A stretch of 64,000 nucleotides of DNA, taken from an uncultured Flavobacteriaceae bacterium. GTDB lineage: Bacteria > Bacteroidota > Bacteroidia > Flavobacteriales > Flavobacteriaceae. Shown one piece after another: positions 39,690 to 49,001 of the stretch. The notes beneath the pieces are model-generated. The model ran no database searches. It was not told the origin of the DNA and was given only the letters and a program-made list of their open reading frames with translations. The stretch is from contig CANLUS010000004.1 of the NCBI GenBank assembly GCA_947494325.1, forward strand, positions 223,321-287,320, written 5' to 3'. A program made the translations under genes and the position numbers. Numbering within the stretch: position 1 is the first letter of the stretch; the number at the start of each line of letters is the position of its first letter.

Positions 39690-42658
39690 ACAGCAATGGG
39701 CTCAGTGTTTTCTGCATATCTAGGATCTTCTATAGTTGCCAAACGAAACATAGCGCTCACTTCTATATTAATACATTCAAACTCTTCCAGCACTTTCCCT
39801 GAAATTGTATATACTCCTTTTCCTCTAAAAGGGAATTTTGCCGCTATTGGCGGAAAGTGTACTGTATCAATAAAATACCCCTCACGATCTAAGAAAGTAC
39901 CAAAACACATTATTTTTCCGTTGACTGTCTTCGTATTTTTTGTTGTGATTAAATACCCCTCAATAGTGACTCTTTTATTTTTATAATAATATAAATCTTT
40001 AGCTCTTAATTGAGAGCGTATTTTTTTTACTAATAATTGAAATGGGTTACATAAAGGAAATCCCAACAATTCAAATTCATCAAATGCATTTTCTAAATCA
40101 CTACTTTTCAATTCAGGGGTTTCATATGAGATTCGTTCTGTTTTAAATAGGGTTATACTATCTTCTTGAACTGGAGTTTTACTAATTTTTAAATGGGCTT
40201 GCCATAATAGTTCGCGTTTATTTATTCCTGTAAATCGAAATGCATTTATTTTAATTAGTATTGATATTTGTTCTATTGAAATGGGTACACGATCAATAAA
40301 ATCATCTAGGTCTTTAAAAACTCCGTAACGCTCACGATTTAACAATATTCTTTTTACTGTAGCTGTTTCTAAAGATCGTAAAAAAGTAAATCCTAAATAA
40401 ATTGTCTTCTTGTTTATACGAGTTTTATGATTGCTTTGATTTATACAGGGTGCTTCTATAATAGCCCCATGCATTCTAGCTTCATGCACATACAATTCGA
40501 CACTATAAAAACCACCACCATTATTTAGGGTGGCAACCATATATTCTAATGGGTAATAAGCCTTTAAAAAGAGACTCTGATAACTTTCTACAGCATACGA
40601 AGCCGAATGTCCTTTCGCAAAAGCATAGCCCGCAAAACTTTCAATTTGTCGCCAAATATCTTTTACTAGTGCTTCTGGTTTACTATCATTTTTACAATTA
40701 TCAAAAAACTGTTGTTTTACTTTTAAGAACTCATCTCTAGAACGAAATTTTCCAGACATACCGCGTCGTAGCATATCGGCTTCTCCTAAATCTAACCCTC
40801 CAAAATAATGCGCAACTTTAATAACATCTTCTTGATATACCATTACGCCATAGGTCTCTGGCATAATATCTAATAATATTGGAGGAGCATCTTTTCTACG
40901 TTCCGGATTTCTATAGCGTAAAATATATTCGCGCATCATTCCAGAATTCGCTACTCCTGGCCGTATTACTGAACTTGCTGCTACTAAACCCAGATACGTA
41001 TCTACTTGCAACTTTTTTAATAGCATACGCATGGCAGGCGATTCCACATAAAAACAGCCAATTGCTTTTGCATTTTTCAAGAGATCCTTTATACGAACAT
41101 CTGCCTTAAATCGCTTAATATCATGTATATCTATAGGTTCTTTTTCGGGGTGATTATAGTTGACAATTTCTACAGTATCTTTTATTTTTCCAAGACCTCT
41201 TTGACTTAAAATATCAAATTTATACAAACCAATATCTTCTGCTACTACCATATCAAACTGCGTGGTTGCAAAACCTTTCGGCGGCATGAATGTCGCACAG
41301 TAATAATGTATTGGCTTTTCGGAAATTAAAATCCCTCCTGCATGAATGCCTAAATAATTTGGAAACCCTTGTATATAACTACTATACTTTATAACTAGTT
41401 GTGATAATTTGTCTAGTGAATTATAATTGTATTTTTGACGTGTCAATACATCCATTTCGGCTTTTGGCAATCCAAACACCTTTCCTAATTCACGTATAGA
41501 TGCTCGCATCTTAAAGGTATTGTACACGGTGATTAAAGCTGTGTTTTTAAATCGTTTAAACATGAACTCTGTAATATCATCACGATCTGCCCACGAAAAA
41601 TCAATATCAAAATCGGGAGGATTTTTACGATAAAGATTGATAAAGCGTTCAAAATATAAATCCAATTCTACCGGATCAACATCTGTAATACGCAATAGAT
41701 AGGCAATAATGCTATTAGCACCGCTACCTCGACCTACATAGAAATAACCTTTTGATCTCGCATATTTTAAAATTTTCCAATTAATTAAAAAGTAAGAAAC
41801 AAAGCCTTTCTCTTTAATAATTTTTAATTCTTTTTCTATTCTCGTATAAATAACTGTGTCGGGAATCGCATAACGATACGCCAACCCTTTATAAGTTAAC
41901 ATTTCTAGTAAACGGTAATCGAGAGCTTCATTGCTTGTATATGATCGTTGATTATTTGGAGTCGCTTGAGAAAAATCAAAATCTATCGTACAATTATGTA
42001 ATAAGCGCTCTGTATTTTCAATCAATTCAGGATACTCTGCATAAATTAGCTGCAATGTTTTTGGTGGTAGTAATTGATCTGTTTCGCAACCTTGTTCACT
42101 TACAGGAAGCTTACTCAACAACGTATTATTATCAATAGCTCGTAATAAACGATGTGTATTAAAACCTCTTTTATGTTGAAAAGATACTGTTCGTAATACT
42201 ACCAACTTTTCTCGTTTATAATTCCATTTTGAAAATTTTAAATGATTTAAGTCTTTCGGACTTACCCCTAAATATTCATGCTCTTTTAGATCATATGTTT
42301 TTCCTTTTTCGTATGGATAAATAACATATACATCATTAAGAGGTTTTGACCGTGAAGGAATGTCGAAAGTACGATCATGCAGAAATGTCGAAAGATAGGT
42401 ATTGATTTGTTCAAATCCGTCATTGTTTTTTGCCAATAGTATAAACTGTTGTGCCACCCCATTTCTAAAATCTACACCTACTACCGGTTTTATCTGTTGT
42501 TCTTTCGATAAGCGTACAAAATCTAAACAAGCCGACGTAGTATTAATATCTGTTAGAGCTAGTACTTTTAGAGTATTCTCTACAGCCAAATTCAACAATT
42601 CTTTAGGCCGTATAGTTCCATAACGTAAGCTGTAATATGTATGGCAATTAATGTACAA
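39686..42658 (-). CDS. dnaE2: error-prone DNA polymerase III alpha-like subunit (DnaE2 type)
   Basis: 990 aa; N-terminal PHP domain (INCHTYYSLRYGT), Pol III alpha core (GRGSGANSI, FDMVVAEDIGLYKFDILS). Shorter than replicative DnaE and paired with a Y-family polymerase and LexA-like repressor. Confidence 0.88.
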   Translation of the reverse strand: MYINCHTYYSLRYGTIRPKELLNLAVENTLKVLALTDINTTSACLDFVRLSKEQQIKPVVGVDFRNGVAQQFILLAKNNDGFEQINTYLSTFLHDRTFDIPSRSKPLNDVYVIYPYEKGKTYDLKEHEYLGVSPKDLNHLKFSKWNYKREKLVVLRTVSFQHKRGFNTHRLLRAIDNNTLLSKLPVSEQGCETDQLLPPKTLQLIYAEYPELIENTERLLHNCTIDFDFSQATPNNQRSYTSNEALDYRLLEMLTYKGLAYRYAIPDTVIYTRIEKELKIIKEKGFVSYFLINWKILKYARSKGYFYVGRGSGANSIIAYLLRITDVDPVELDLYFERFINLYRKNPPDFDIDFSWADRDDITEFMFKRFKNTALITVYNTFKMRASIRELGKVFGLPKAEMDVLTRQKYNYNSLDKLSQLVIKYSSYIQGFPNYLGIHAGGILISEKPIHYYCATFMPPKGFATTQFDMVVAEDIGLYKFDILSQRGLGKIKDTVEIVNYNHPEKEPIDIHDIKRFKADVRIKDLLKNAKAIGCFYVESPAMRMLLKKLQVDTYLGLVAASSVIRPGVANSGMMREYILRYRNPERRKDAPPILLDIMPETYGVMVYQEDVIKVAHYFGGLDLGEADMLRRGMSGKFRSRDEFLKVKQQFFDNCKNDSKPEALVKDIWRQIESFAGYAFAKGHSASYAVESYQSLFLKAYYPLEYMVATLNNGGGFYSVELYVHEARMHGAIIEAPCINQSNHKTRINKKTIYLGFTFLRSLETATVKRILLNRERYGVFKDLDDFIDRVPISIEQISILIKINAFRFTGINKRELLWQAHLKISKTPVQEDSITLFKTERISYETPELKSSDLENAFDEFELLGFPLCNPFQLLVKKIRSQLRAKDLYYYKNKRVTIEGYLITTKNTKTVNGKIMCFGTFLDREGYFIDTVHFPPIAAKFPFRGKGVYTISGKVLEEFECINIEVSAMFRLATIEDPRYAENTEPIAV

Positions 42659-42689
42659 GCAATCAATTTTAAATTTTATGTAAAATTAA

Positions 42690-42702
42690 CTACATTTTGT
42701 AG
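42690..42702. promoter_or_regulatory. 13-bp perfect palindrome CTACA-TTT-TGTAG (candidate LexA-like operator)
   Basis: In the 70-bp divergent intergenic region between dnaE2 and the LexA-like gene. A further TGTAG half-site at 42720-42724 sits just before the ATG. Confidence 0.4.
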
Positions 42703-42713
42703 TTTTTATTGCT

Positions 42714-42721
42714 TAAATTTG
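42714..42721 (+). promoter_or_regulatory. Bacteroidetes -7 box (TAnnTTTG) for LexA-like gene
   Basis: TAAATTTG, 8 nt upstream of the ATG at 42729. Motif recognition only. Confidence 0.3.
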
Positions 42722-42728
42722 TAGTAAT

Positions 42729-43493
42729 ATGAAATATATACAAACAAACATCAGGCATTTAAGAAATCTTAAAAATTTATCTCAAGAGCAATTTGCTGAA
42801 GAATTAGGTTGGACTCGTTCTATTGTTGGGTCTTATGAAGAAGGGCGTTCAGAACCTTCTATTGATCGATTATTGAATTTATCAACCTTCTTTAGTCTAC
42901 CAATTGATGTGTTCATCAAAAATGATCTTCGCTTAGCTAAAGACACCTCTTTTATTAAATTAGGAAACAAACGAGTACTCTTTCCTATAGCGGTCAGTAA
43001 TACTGATGAAGATTTAATTGAAATTGTACCTATTGAGGCTTCTGCCGGCTATTTAAAAGGCTATGCCGATCCAGAATACGTAGAGCAACTGCAAAACATC
43101 AAACTTCCTTTTTTACCTACCGGTAAGCATCGTACATTTCCTATTAAAGGAGATTCGATGCTGCCAGTTAAAGATGGTGCTTATATTGTCGCCAAATTTG
43201 TTGAGAGTATTTCTGATGTCAAAAATGGTAGAACCTATATTGTGCTCACAAAAGAAGATGGGTTGGTTTATAAGCGTGTGTATGATAGAATTAAAGATCG
43301 TAAAAGCCTGTTATTATATTCAGATAATAAAGCCTATGCTCCATATGAAGTAAAAATAGAACAGGTATTAGAGCTATGGGAATTTACCTGTTGTATCAAT
43401 ACACAAGAGTATGATAAAGATGAATTAAAGTTAAGTAGTATTGTAAATATGTTTCAAGAATTAAAAGTAGAATTAAAGTCAATTAAAACTTAA
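42729..43493 (+). CDS. non-canonical LexA-like repressor (XRE-family HTH + S24 peptidase domain)
   Basis: 254 aa; N-terminal HTH_XRE (LSQEQFAEELGWTRSIVGSYEEGRSEP). C-terminal S24 autopeptidase with Ser in GDSMLP, Lys in VYKRV, candidate Ala-Gly cleavage site (EASAGY). Confidence 0.85.
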   Translation: MKYIQTNIRHLRNLKNLSQEQFAEELGWTRSIVGSYEEGRSEPSIDRLLNLSTFFSLPIDVFIKNDLRLAKDTSFIKLGNKRVLFPIAVSNTDEDLIEIVPIEASAGYLKGYADPEYVEQLQNIKLPFLPTGKHRTFPIKGDSMLPVKDGAYIVAKFVESISDVKNGRTYIVLTKEDGLVYKRVYDRIKDRKSLLLYSDNKAYAPYEVKIEQVLELWEFTCCINTQEYDKDELKLSSIVNMFQELKVELKSIKT

Positions 43494-43565
43494 TATTATC
43501 TTTTTTTAATAATTTATTATTGTTTTTCGATAATTTTTATATCTTTGTAACCACAAACAAAAGTT

Positions 43566-44090
43566 ATGAAAGACAAAACTACCATCCTAATCATAGTCAC
43601 CTATGGTATCTTACTTTCGGCCGTATCCATATTGTTAAATGATATTAGAGAATTCAATTTTTCACAGTTCGAGGAGTTTCAAAATTGGGCCAAAACTGCA
43701 GATAAAAACGAACATTGGTTTACTACTAAAAATGCCATTAAATGGAGTTTCTATGCAATTAGCGCGGGTCTCTTTTTTTGGAGAGCTTATCTATTATATG
43801 CATTTACCTATTTTATCTCAATATTAAAAGAAATTGAAAAAGGAAACTACTTTAGCACTAAAAATAGTGGTTATTTTAAAAAAATTGCGAACATCTTTAT
43901 CTACTATACGATCAATGTTCTAATTCTGCGTTTTTTGTTAGCATCCATAGGAAAATCATCCTTCAATTTTCTACAAGAATTTAAATCGGAATTTACATTT
44001 TTAATCCCTTGCGGTCTTGCTTTTTACATTCTAGCCGAAGTCTTTGAAAGAGCAAAAAAATCGGAAGAAGAAAATGAACTAACCATATAA
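43566..44090 (+). CDS. DUF2975-like membrane protein
   Basis: 174 aa; 4 TM helices; followed 3 nt later by a small XRE HTH gene (conserved DUF2975/YozG-type pair). Confidence 0.65.
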   Translation: MKDKTTILIIVTYGILLSAVSILLNDIREFNFSQFEEFQNWAKTADKNEHWFTTKNAIKWSFYAISAGLFFWRAYLLYAFTYFISILKEIEKGNYFSTKNSGYFKKIANIFIYYTINVLILRFLLASIGKSSFNFLQEFKSEFTFLIPCGLAFYILAEVFERAKKSEEENELTI

Positions 44091-44092
44091 CT

Positions 44093-44296
44093 ATGCCCAT
44101 CATTGTAAACCTTGATGTCATGTTGGCAAAACGTAAAATGAAAAGCAAAGACTTGGCGGAAACAATCGGCATTACAACTGCGAATCTTTCCATATTAAAA
44201 TCTGGCAAGGCGAAGGCCATTCGATTTTCTACATTAGAAGCCATCTGTAAGGCCTTAGATTGTCAACCGAGTGATATTCTAGAATATGTTGCATAA
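44093..44296 (+). CDS. small XRE-family HTH transcriptional regulator (YozG-like)
   Basis: 67 aa; HTH (SKDLAETIGITTANLSILKSGKAKAIRFSTLEAICKAL). Confidence 0.8.
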   Translation: MPIIVNLDVMLAKRKMKSKDLAETIGITTANLSILKSGKAKAIRFSTLEAICKALDCQPSDILEYVA

Positions 44297-44332
44297 AAAA
44301 GCCGCCCCAAGTATTCGGGGCGGCTTTTTATT
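44295..44332. terminator. bidirectional GC-rich terminator hairpin
   Basis: A6-GCCGCCCC-aagtattc-GGGGCGGC-T5ATTTT between the convergent HTH gene (+) and DUF3467 gene (-). Confidence 0.8.
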
Positions 44333-44647
44333 TTATGCTTGACCAGTCGGCCCGAAATTCATCGGAATCGGCGGTTGTTCATAATCTTTAATTTCACCAT
44401 GCGCTTTTTCGAATCTACTCACGTTTTCAGCCAAGGCCTTCATTAAACGCTTTGCATGTTGTGGTGTCACAATAATTCTAGATTTTACTTTCGCTTTTGG
44501 TGTTCCTGGCATTACATTTACAAAATCTACCACAAACTCTGATACCGAATGATTGATAATCGCCAAGTTAGCATAAGTGCCCTCAGCAATTTTTTCATCC
44601 AATTCAATGTTTAATTGGTTCTCTTGTTTTTTATCTTGCTCTGCCAT
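44333..44647 (-). CDS. DUF3467-like small protein downstream of rpoC
   Basis: 104 aa; starts 2 nt after the rpoC stop. Consistent with the conserved Bacteroidetes rpoC-associated small protein. Confidence 0.7.
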   Translation of the reverse strand: MAEQDKKQENQLNIELDEKIAEGTYANLAIINHSVSEFVVDFVNVMPGTPKAKVKSRIIVTPQHAKRLMKALAENVSRFEKAHGEIKDYEQPPIPMNFGPTGQA

Positions 44648-44649
44648 AA

Positions 44650-47600
44650 TTAATTCGCTTCTATTTCTTCTTTAGAACCTACAATTAAATGATCGTAATC
44701 TCTCATACCAGTACCTGCTGGTATTCTCTTACCTACAATTACATTTTCTTTCAAGCCTTCTAAGTAATCAATCTTACCGCTTACCGCAGCTTGATTTAAT
44801 ACTTTCGTTGTCTCTTGGAAAGAAGCCGCAGAGATAAATGATTTCGTTTGTAACGAAGCTCTGGTAATACCTTGTAAGATTGGTTCTGCTGTCGCAGGAA
44901 CCGCATCTCTTGCTTCGATTAACGCTTTATCCGTTCTACGTAAAATAGAATTTTCATCTCTCAATTTACGTACAGAAATCATCTGACCAGCTTTTATATT
45001 CTCAGAATCACCTGGATTATCAACTACTTTCATTCCGTAAATAGCATCATTTTCCTCAATGAAATCATTGGTATGAATTAATTGGCTTTCTAAGAAAATA
45101 GTATCTCCAGAATCAACAATCTTAACTTTACGCATCATTTGACGTACCACTACTTCAAAGTGCTTATCATTAATCTTCACACCTTGTAAACGATATACTT
45201 CTTGAATTTCATTTACTAAGTATTGTTGAACTGCAGATGGGCCTTTGATATTTAATATATCTGTTGGTGTAATTGCACCGTCAGATAATGGCATACCCGC
45301 TTTTATAAAGTCATTTTCTTGAACCAAAATTTGATTCGATAACTTCACTAAGTATTTCTTAATATCTCCTAATTTAGACTCCACAATAATCTCACGATTA
45401 CCACGCTTGATCTTACCAAAAGAAACCACACCATCTATCTCAGAAACCACTGCTGGGTTTGAAGGATCACGAGCTTCAAATAACTCGGTTACACGTGGTA
45501 AACCACCCGTAATATCTCCTGCTTTACCTGATTTTCTTGGTATCTTTACTAGTACTTTACCTGCTTCAATTTTATCTCCTTCTTCAATCATTAAGTGCGC
45601 ACCCACTGGTAAACTATAAGAACGTAAAGCTTCTCCTTTTGTATTCTCTATAATTAAAGTTGGTACAACTTTTTTCGCTTTAGATTCAGAAATTACTTTT
45701 TCTTGGAAACCAGTCTGTTCATCAATTTCTACTTGGTATGTTATTCCTTGATCGATATTTTCAAAGGCTACTTTTCCTTCAAATTCCGATACAATAACTC
45801 CATTATATGGATCCCAAGAGCAAATCACATCCCCTTTCTTAACTTTCGCCTTATTCTTCACAAAAATATACGAACCATAAGGGATATTGTTTGTACTCAA
45901 GGTAATTCCGGTAGACTTATCTACTACTTTAACCTCTGAAGTTCTAGAAATAACGATATCTACTTTATTTCCATCATTATCTACACCTTCAACAGTTCTT
46001 AAATCTTCTATTTCAATCGTTCCATCAAATTTCACATTCAACGAATTCTCTTCAGAAATGTTTCCTGCAATTCCACCTACGTGGAAGGTACGCAATGTTA
46101 ACTGTGTACCTGGCTCACCAATAGACTGTGCAGCAATTACACCTACAGCTTCTCCTTTTTGAACCATTTTTCTAGTAGATAAACTATATCCGTAACATTT
46201 AGCACAAATCCCTCTACTTGATTCACATGTCAATGCTGAACGTACTTCAACGGTTTCTAATGGAGATTGATCAACAACCTTCACTATATCTTCAGTAATT
46301 TCTTCACCTGCCGCAACGATTAATTCCTGCGTTAATGGGTTCACTACATCATTAAGAGCTACACGTCCGATAATTCTTTCACCAAGGCTTTCTACAACCT
46401 CTTCGTTCTTTTTCAACGGAGCAATTTCTAAACCTCTTAGTGTTCCACAATCTACTTCATTAATAATAACATCCTGAGAAACATCTACTAAACGACGTGT
46501 CAAGTATCCTGCATCCGCCGTTTTCAATGCGGTATCGGCAAGACCTTTACGAGCACCGTGTGTTGATATAAAGTATTCAAGAATTGATAATCCTTCCTTA
46601 AAGTTAGAAAGAATCGGATTTTCGATAATCTCACCACCTCCGGCAGTCGATTTTTTAGGTTTCGCCATCAATCCACGCATACCTGTCAACTGACGAATCT
46701 GTTCTTTAGAACCCCTCGCTCCAGAATCTAACATCATATATACTGAGTTAAATCCTTGTTGATCTTCACGCAAACGTTTCATAGAAAGTTCAGTCAATCT
46801 ATTGTTTGTAGATCCCCAAATATCAATGACCTGATTGTAACGTTCTTTATTTGTTAACATACCCATATTATAGCTGGCCATAATAGTGTCAACCTGTGCA
46901 TTAGCATCAGCAATCATGGTATGTTTTTCTGGTGGAATAATGATATCACCTAAACTAAATGATAAACCTCCGCGGAAAGCGAACGTATATCCCATTCCTT
47001 TGATCGCATCTAAGAACTCACCGGTAGTAGGAACATCAGTCACCTTTAAAATATCACCAATAATATCTCTCAACGATTTTTTGGTCAATACTTCATTGAT
47101 ATATCCAGCTGCTTCAGGTACTACTTCATTGAATAATACTCTACCAACTGTTGTTTGAATAATTTGATTTACCAATTCACCTTCTTCATTAAAGTCTTTG
47201 GTTCTCACCTTAATACCAGCGTTCAAATCAACTTGTTTTTCATTGAAAGCTATGGTAACTTCTTCTGGAGAATAGAAGGTACTACCTTCTCCTTTCACTT
47301 TATGATCTTTTGTAGACTTACGTTCCTTGGTCATATAATATAATCCAAGAACCATATCCTGAGAAGGTACAGTAATAGGAGATCCATTCGCTGGATTTAA
47401 GATACTATGTGATGCCAACATTAACAATTGAGCCTCTAAAATTGCTTCAGGGCCTAATGGTAAGTGCACAGCCATTTGATCACCATCGAAATCCGCATTA
47501 AATGCCGTACAAACTAATGGATGCAATTGAATTGCTTTACCTTCAATTAACTTAGGCTGAAATGCTTGAATACCTAAACGGTGTAATGTAGGAGCACGAT

Positions 47601-48921
47601 TTAAAAGAACTGGATGTCCTTTTAAAACATTCTCTAAAATATCCCAAACTACAGGCTCTCTTTTATCTATAATTTTCTTTGCAGATTTTACAGTTTTTAC
47701 AATTCCTCTTTCGATTAATTTTCTAATCACAAAAGGCTTGTATAACTCTGCTGCCATATCTTTCGGCAATCCACATTCATATAATTTCAATTCTGGACCA
47801 ACAACAATAACTGAACGAGCAGAATAGTCAACACGTTTACCTAATAAGTTTTGACGGAAACGTCCTTGCTTACCTTTTAATGAATCAGATAACGATTTTA
47901 AAGGTCTATTAGATTCTGTTTTTACTGCTGATGATTTACGCGTGTTATCAAATAATGAATCTACAGATTCTTGTAACATACGTTTTTCATTACGTAAGAT
48001 AACTTCAGGAGCTTTAATCTCCATCAATCTTTTCAAACGATTGTTACGAATAATCACACGACGATACAAGTCATTTAAATCAGATGTGGCAAAACGACCA
48101 CCATCTAATGGAACCAATGGACGTAATTCTGGTGGTGTCACCGGAACAACTTTCATAATCATCCATTCTGGTCTATTCTCTCTATTTTTATTCGCATCAC
48201 GGAAAGACTCTACAACATTTAAACGTTTCAATGCTTCCATTTTACGTTGTTTAGAGGTCTCAGTATTCGCCTTATGTCTCAATTCATATGACAAGGCATC
48301 TAAATCGATACGCGCTAATAGATCTATCAAACATTCAGCACCCATCTTGGCAATGAACTTATTTGGATCTGTGTCATCTAAATATTGATTCTCAACTGGG
48401 AATGATTCAAGAATATCTAAATATTCTTCTTCCGTTAGGAAATCCATTTTTTGCAATGGTTCTCCTTCAGCATTTGTAGCACCTGCCGGTTGAATTACTA
48501 CATAACGTTCGTAGTAAATAATCATATCCAATTTCTTAGAAGGTAACCCTAAAAGGTATCCCATCTTGTTTGGTAATGATCTAAAATACCAGATATGTGC
48601 TACAGGAACTACTAAATTAATATGACCTACTCTATCTCTACGTACTTTCTTCTCAGTAACTTCTACTCCACAACGGTCGCAAATAATTCCTTTATATCGA
48701 ATTCTTTTGTACTTACCACAAGCACATTCGAAATCTTTGATAGGACCAAAAATACGCTCACAAAATAAACCATCTCTTTCTGGTTTATGTGTACGATAAT
48801 TGATCGTTTCTGGCTTTAACACCTCTCCTTTAGATTTCTCTAAAATAGATTCAGGAGATGCTAAACCAATTGATATTTTATTGAATTTTTTTACAGTGTA
48901 TTTTTCTCTTTGTTTTGCCAT
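44650..48921 (-). CDS. rpoC: DNA-directed RNA polymerase subunit beta'
   Basis: 1423 aa; Zn-finger CxxC...CxxC near N-terminus, catalytic [12 protein letters not shown], trigger-loop region. Confidence 0.98.
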   Translation of the reverse strand: MAKQREKYTVKKFNKISIGLASPESILEKSKGEVLKPETINYRTHKPERDGLFCERIFGPIKDFECACGKYKRIRYKGIICDRCGVEVTEKKVRRDRVGHINLVVPVAHIWYFRSLPNKMGYLLGLPSKKLDMIIYYERYVVIQPAGATNAEGEPLQKMDFLTEEEYLDILESFPVENQYLDDTDPNKFIAKMGAECLIDLLARIDLDALSYELRHKANTETSKQRKMEALKRLNVVESFRDANKNRENRPEWMIMKVVPVTPPELRPLVPLDGGRFATSDLNDLYRRVIIRNNRLKRLMEIKAPEVILRNEKRMLQESVDSLFDNTRKSSAVKTESNRPLKSLSDSLKGKQGRFRQNLLGKRVDYSARSVIVVGPELKLYECGLPKDMAAELYKPFVIRKLIERGIVKTVKSAKKIIDKREPVVWDILENVLKGHPVLLNRAPTLHRLGIQAFQPKLIEGKAIQLHPLVCTAFNADFDGDQMAVHLPLGPEAILEAQLLMLASHSILNPANGSPITVPSQDMVLGLYYMTKERKSTKDHKVKGEGSTFYSPEEVTIAFNEKQVDLNAGIKVRTKDFNEEGELVNQIIQTTVGRVLFNEVVPEAAGYINEVLTKKSLRDIIGDILKVTDVPTTGEFLDAIKGMGYTFAFRGGLSFSLGDIIIPPEKHTMIADANAQVDTIMASYNMGMLTNKERYNQVIDIWGSTNNRLTELSMKRLREDQQGFNSVYMMLDSGARGSKEQIRQLTGMRGLMAKPKKSTAGGGEIIENPILSNFKEGLSILEYFISTHGARKGLADTALKTADAGYLTRRLVDVSQDVIINEVDCGTLRGLEIAPLKKNEEVVESLGERIIGRVALNDVVNPLTQELIVAAGEEITEDIVKVVDQSPLETVEVRSALTCESSRGICAKCYGYSLSTRKMVQKGEAVGVIAAQSIGEPGTQLTLRTFHVGGIAGNISEENSLNVKFDGTIEIEDLRTVEGVDNDGNKVDIVISRTSEVKVVDKSTGITLSTNNIPYGSYIFVKNKAKVKKGDVICSWDPYNGVIVSEFEGKVAFENIDQGITYQVEIDEQTGFQEKVISESKAKKVVPTLIIENTKGEALRSYSLPVGAHLMIEEGDKIEAGKVLVKIPRKSGKAGDITGGLPRVTELFEARDPSNPAVVSEIDGVVSFGKIKRGNREIIVESKLGDIKKYLVKLSNQILVQENDFIKAGMPLSDGAITPTDILNIKGPSAVQQYLVNEIQEVYRLQGVKINDKHFEVVVRQMMRKVKIVDSGDTIFLESQLIHTNDFIEENDAIYGMKVVDNPGDSENIKAGQMISVRKLRDENSILRRTDKALIEARDAVPATAEPILQGITRASLQTKSFISAASFQETTKVLNQAAVSGKIDYLEGLKENVIVGKRIPAGTGMRDYDHLIVGSKEEIEAN

Positions 48922-49001
48922 GATATTTCTGCAATCGAATTAAAATGTAAAAATGATATTGTAAAAGCAACAGATAGTTAAATCTGCTGCTTTAAAATTT
49001 A

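Noticed and set aside
44295-44332. GC-rich palindrome (GCCGCCCC...GGGGCGGC) considered as a REP element or small RNA
   Set aside because: It is a single copy, flanked by A- and T-runs between two convergent genes. This is a classic bidirectional intrinsic terminator.
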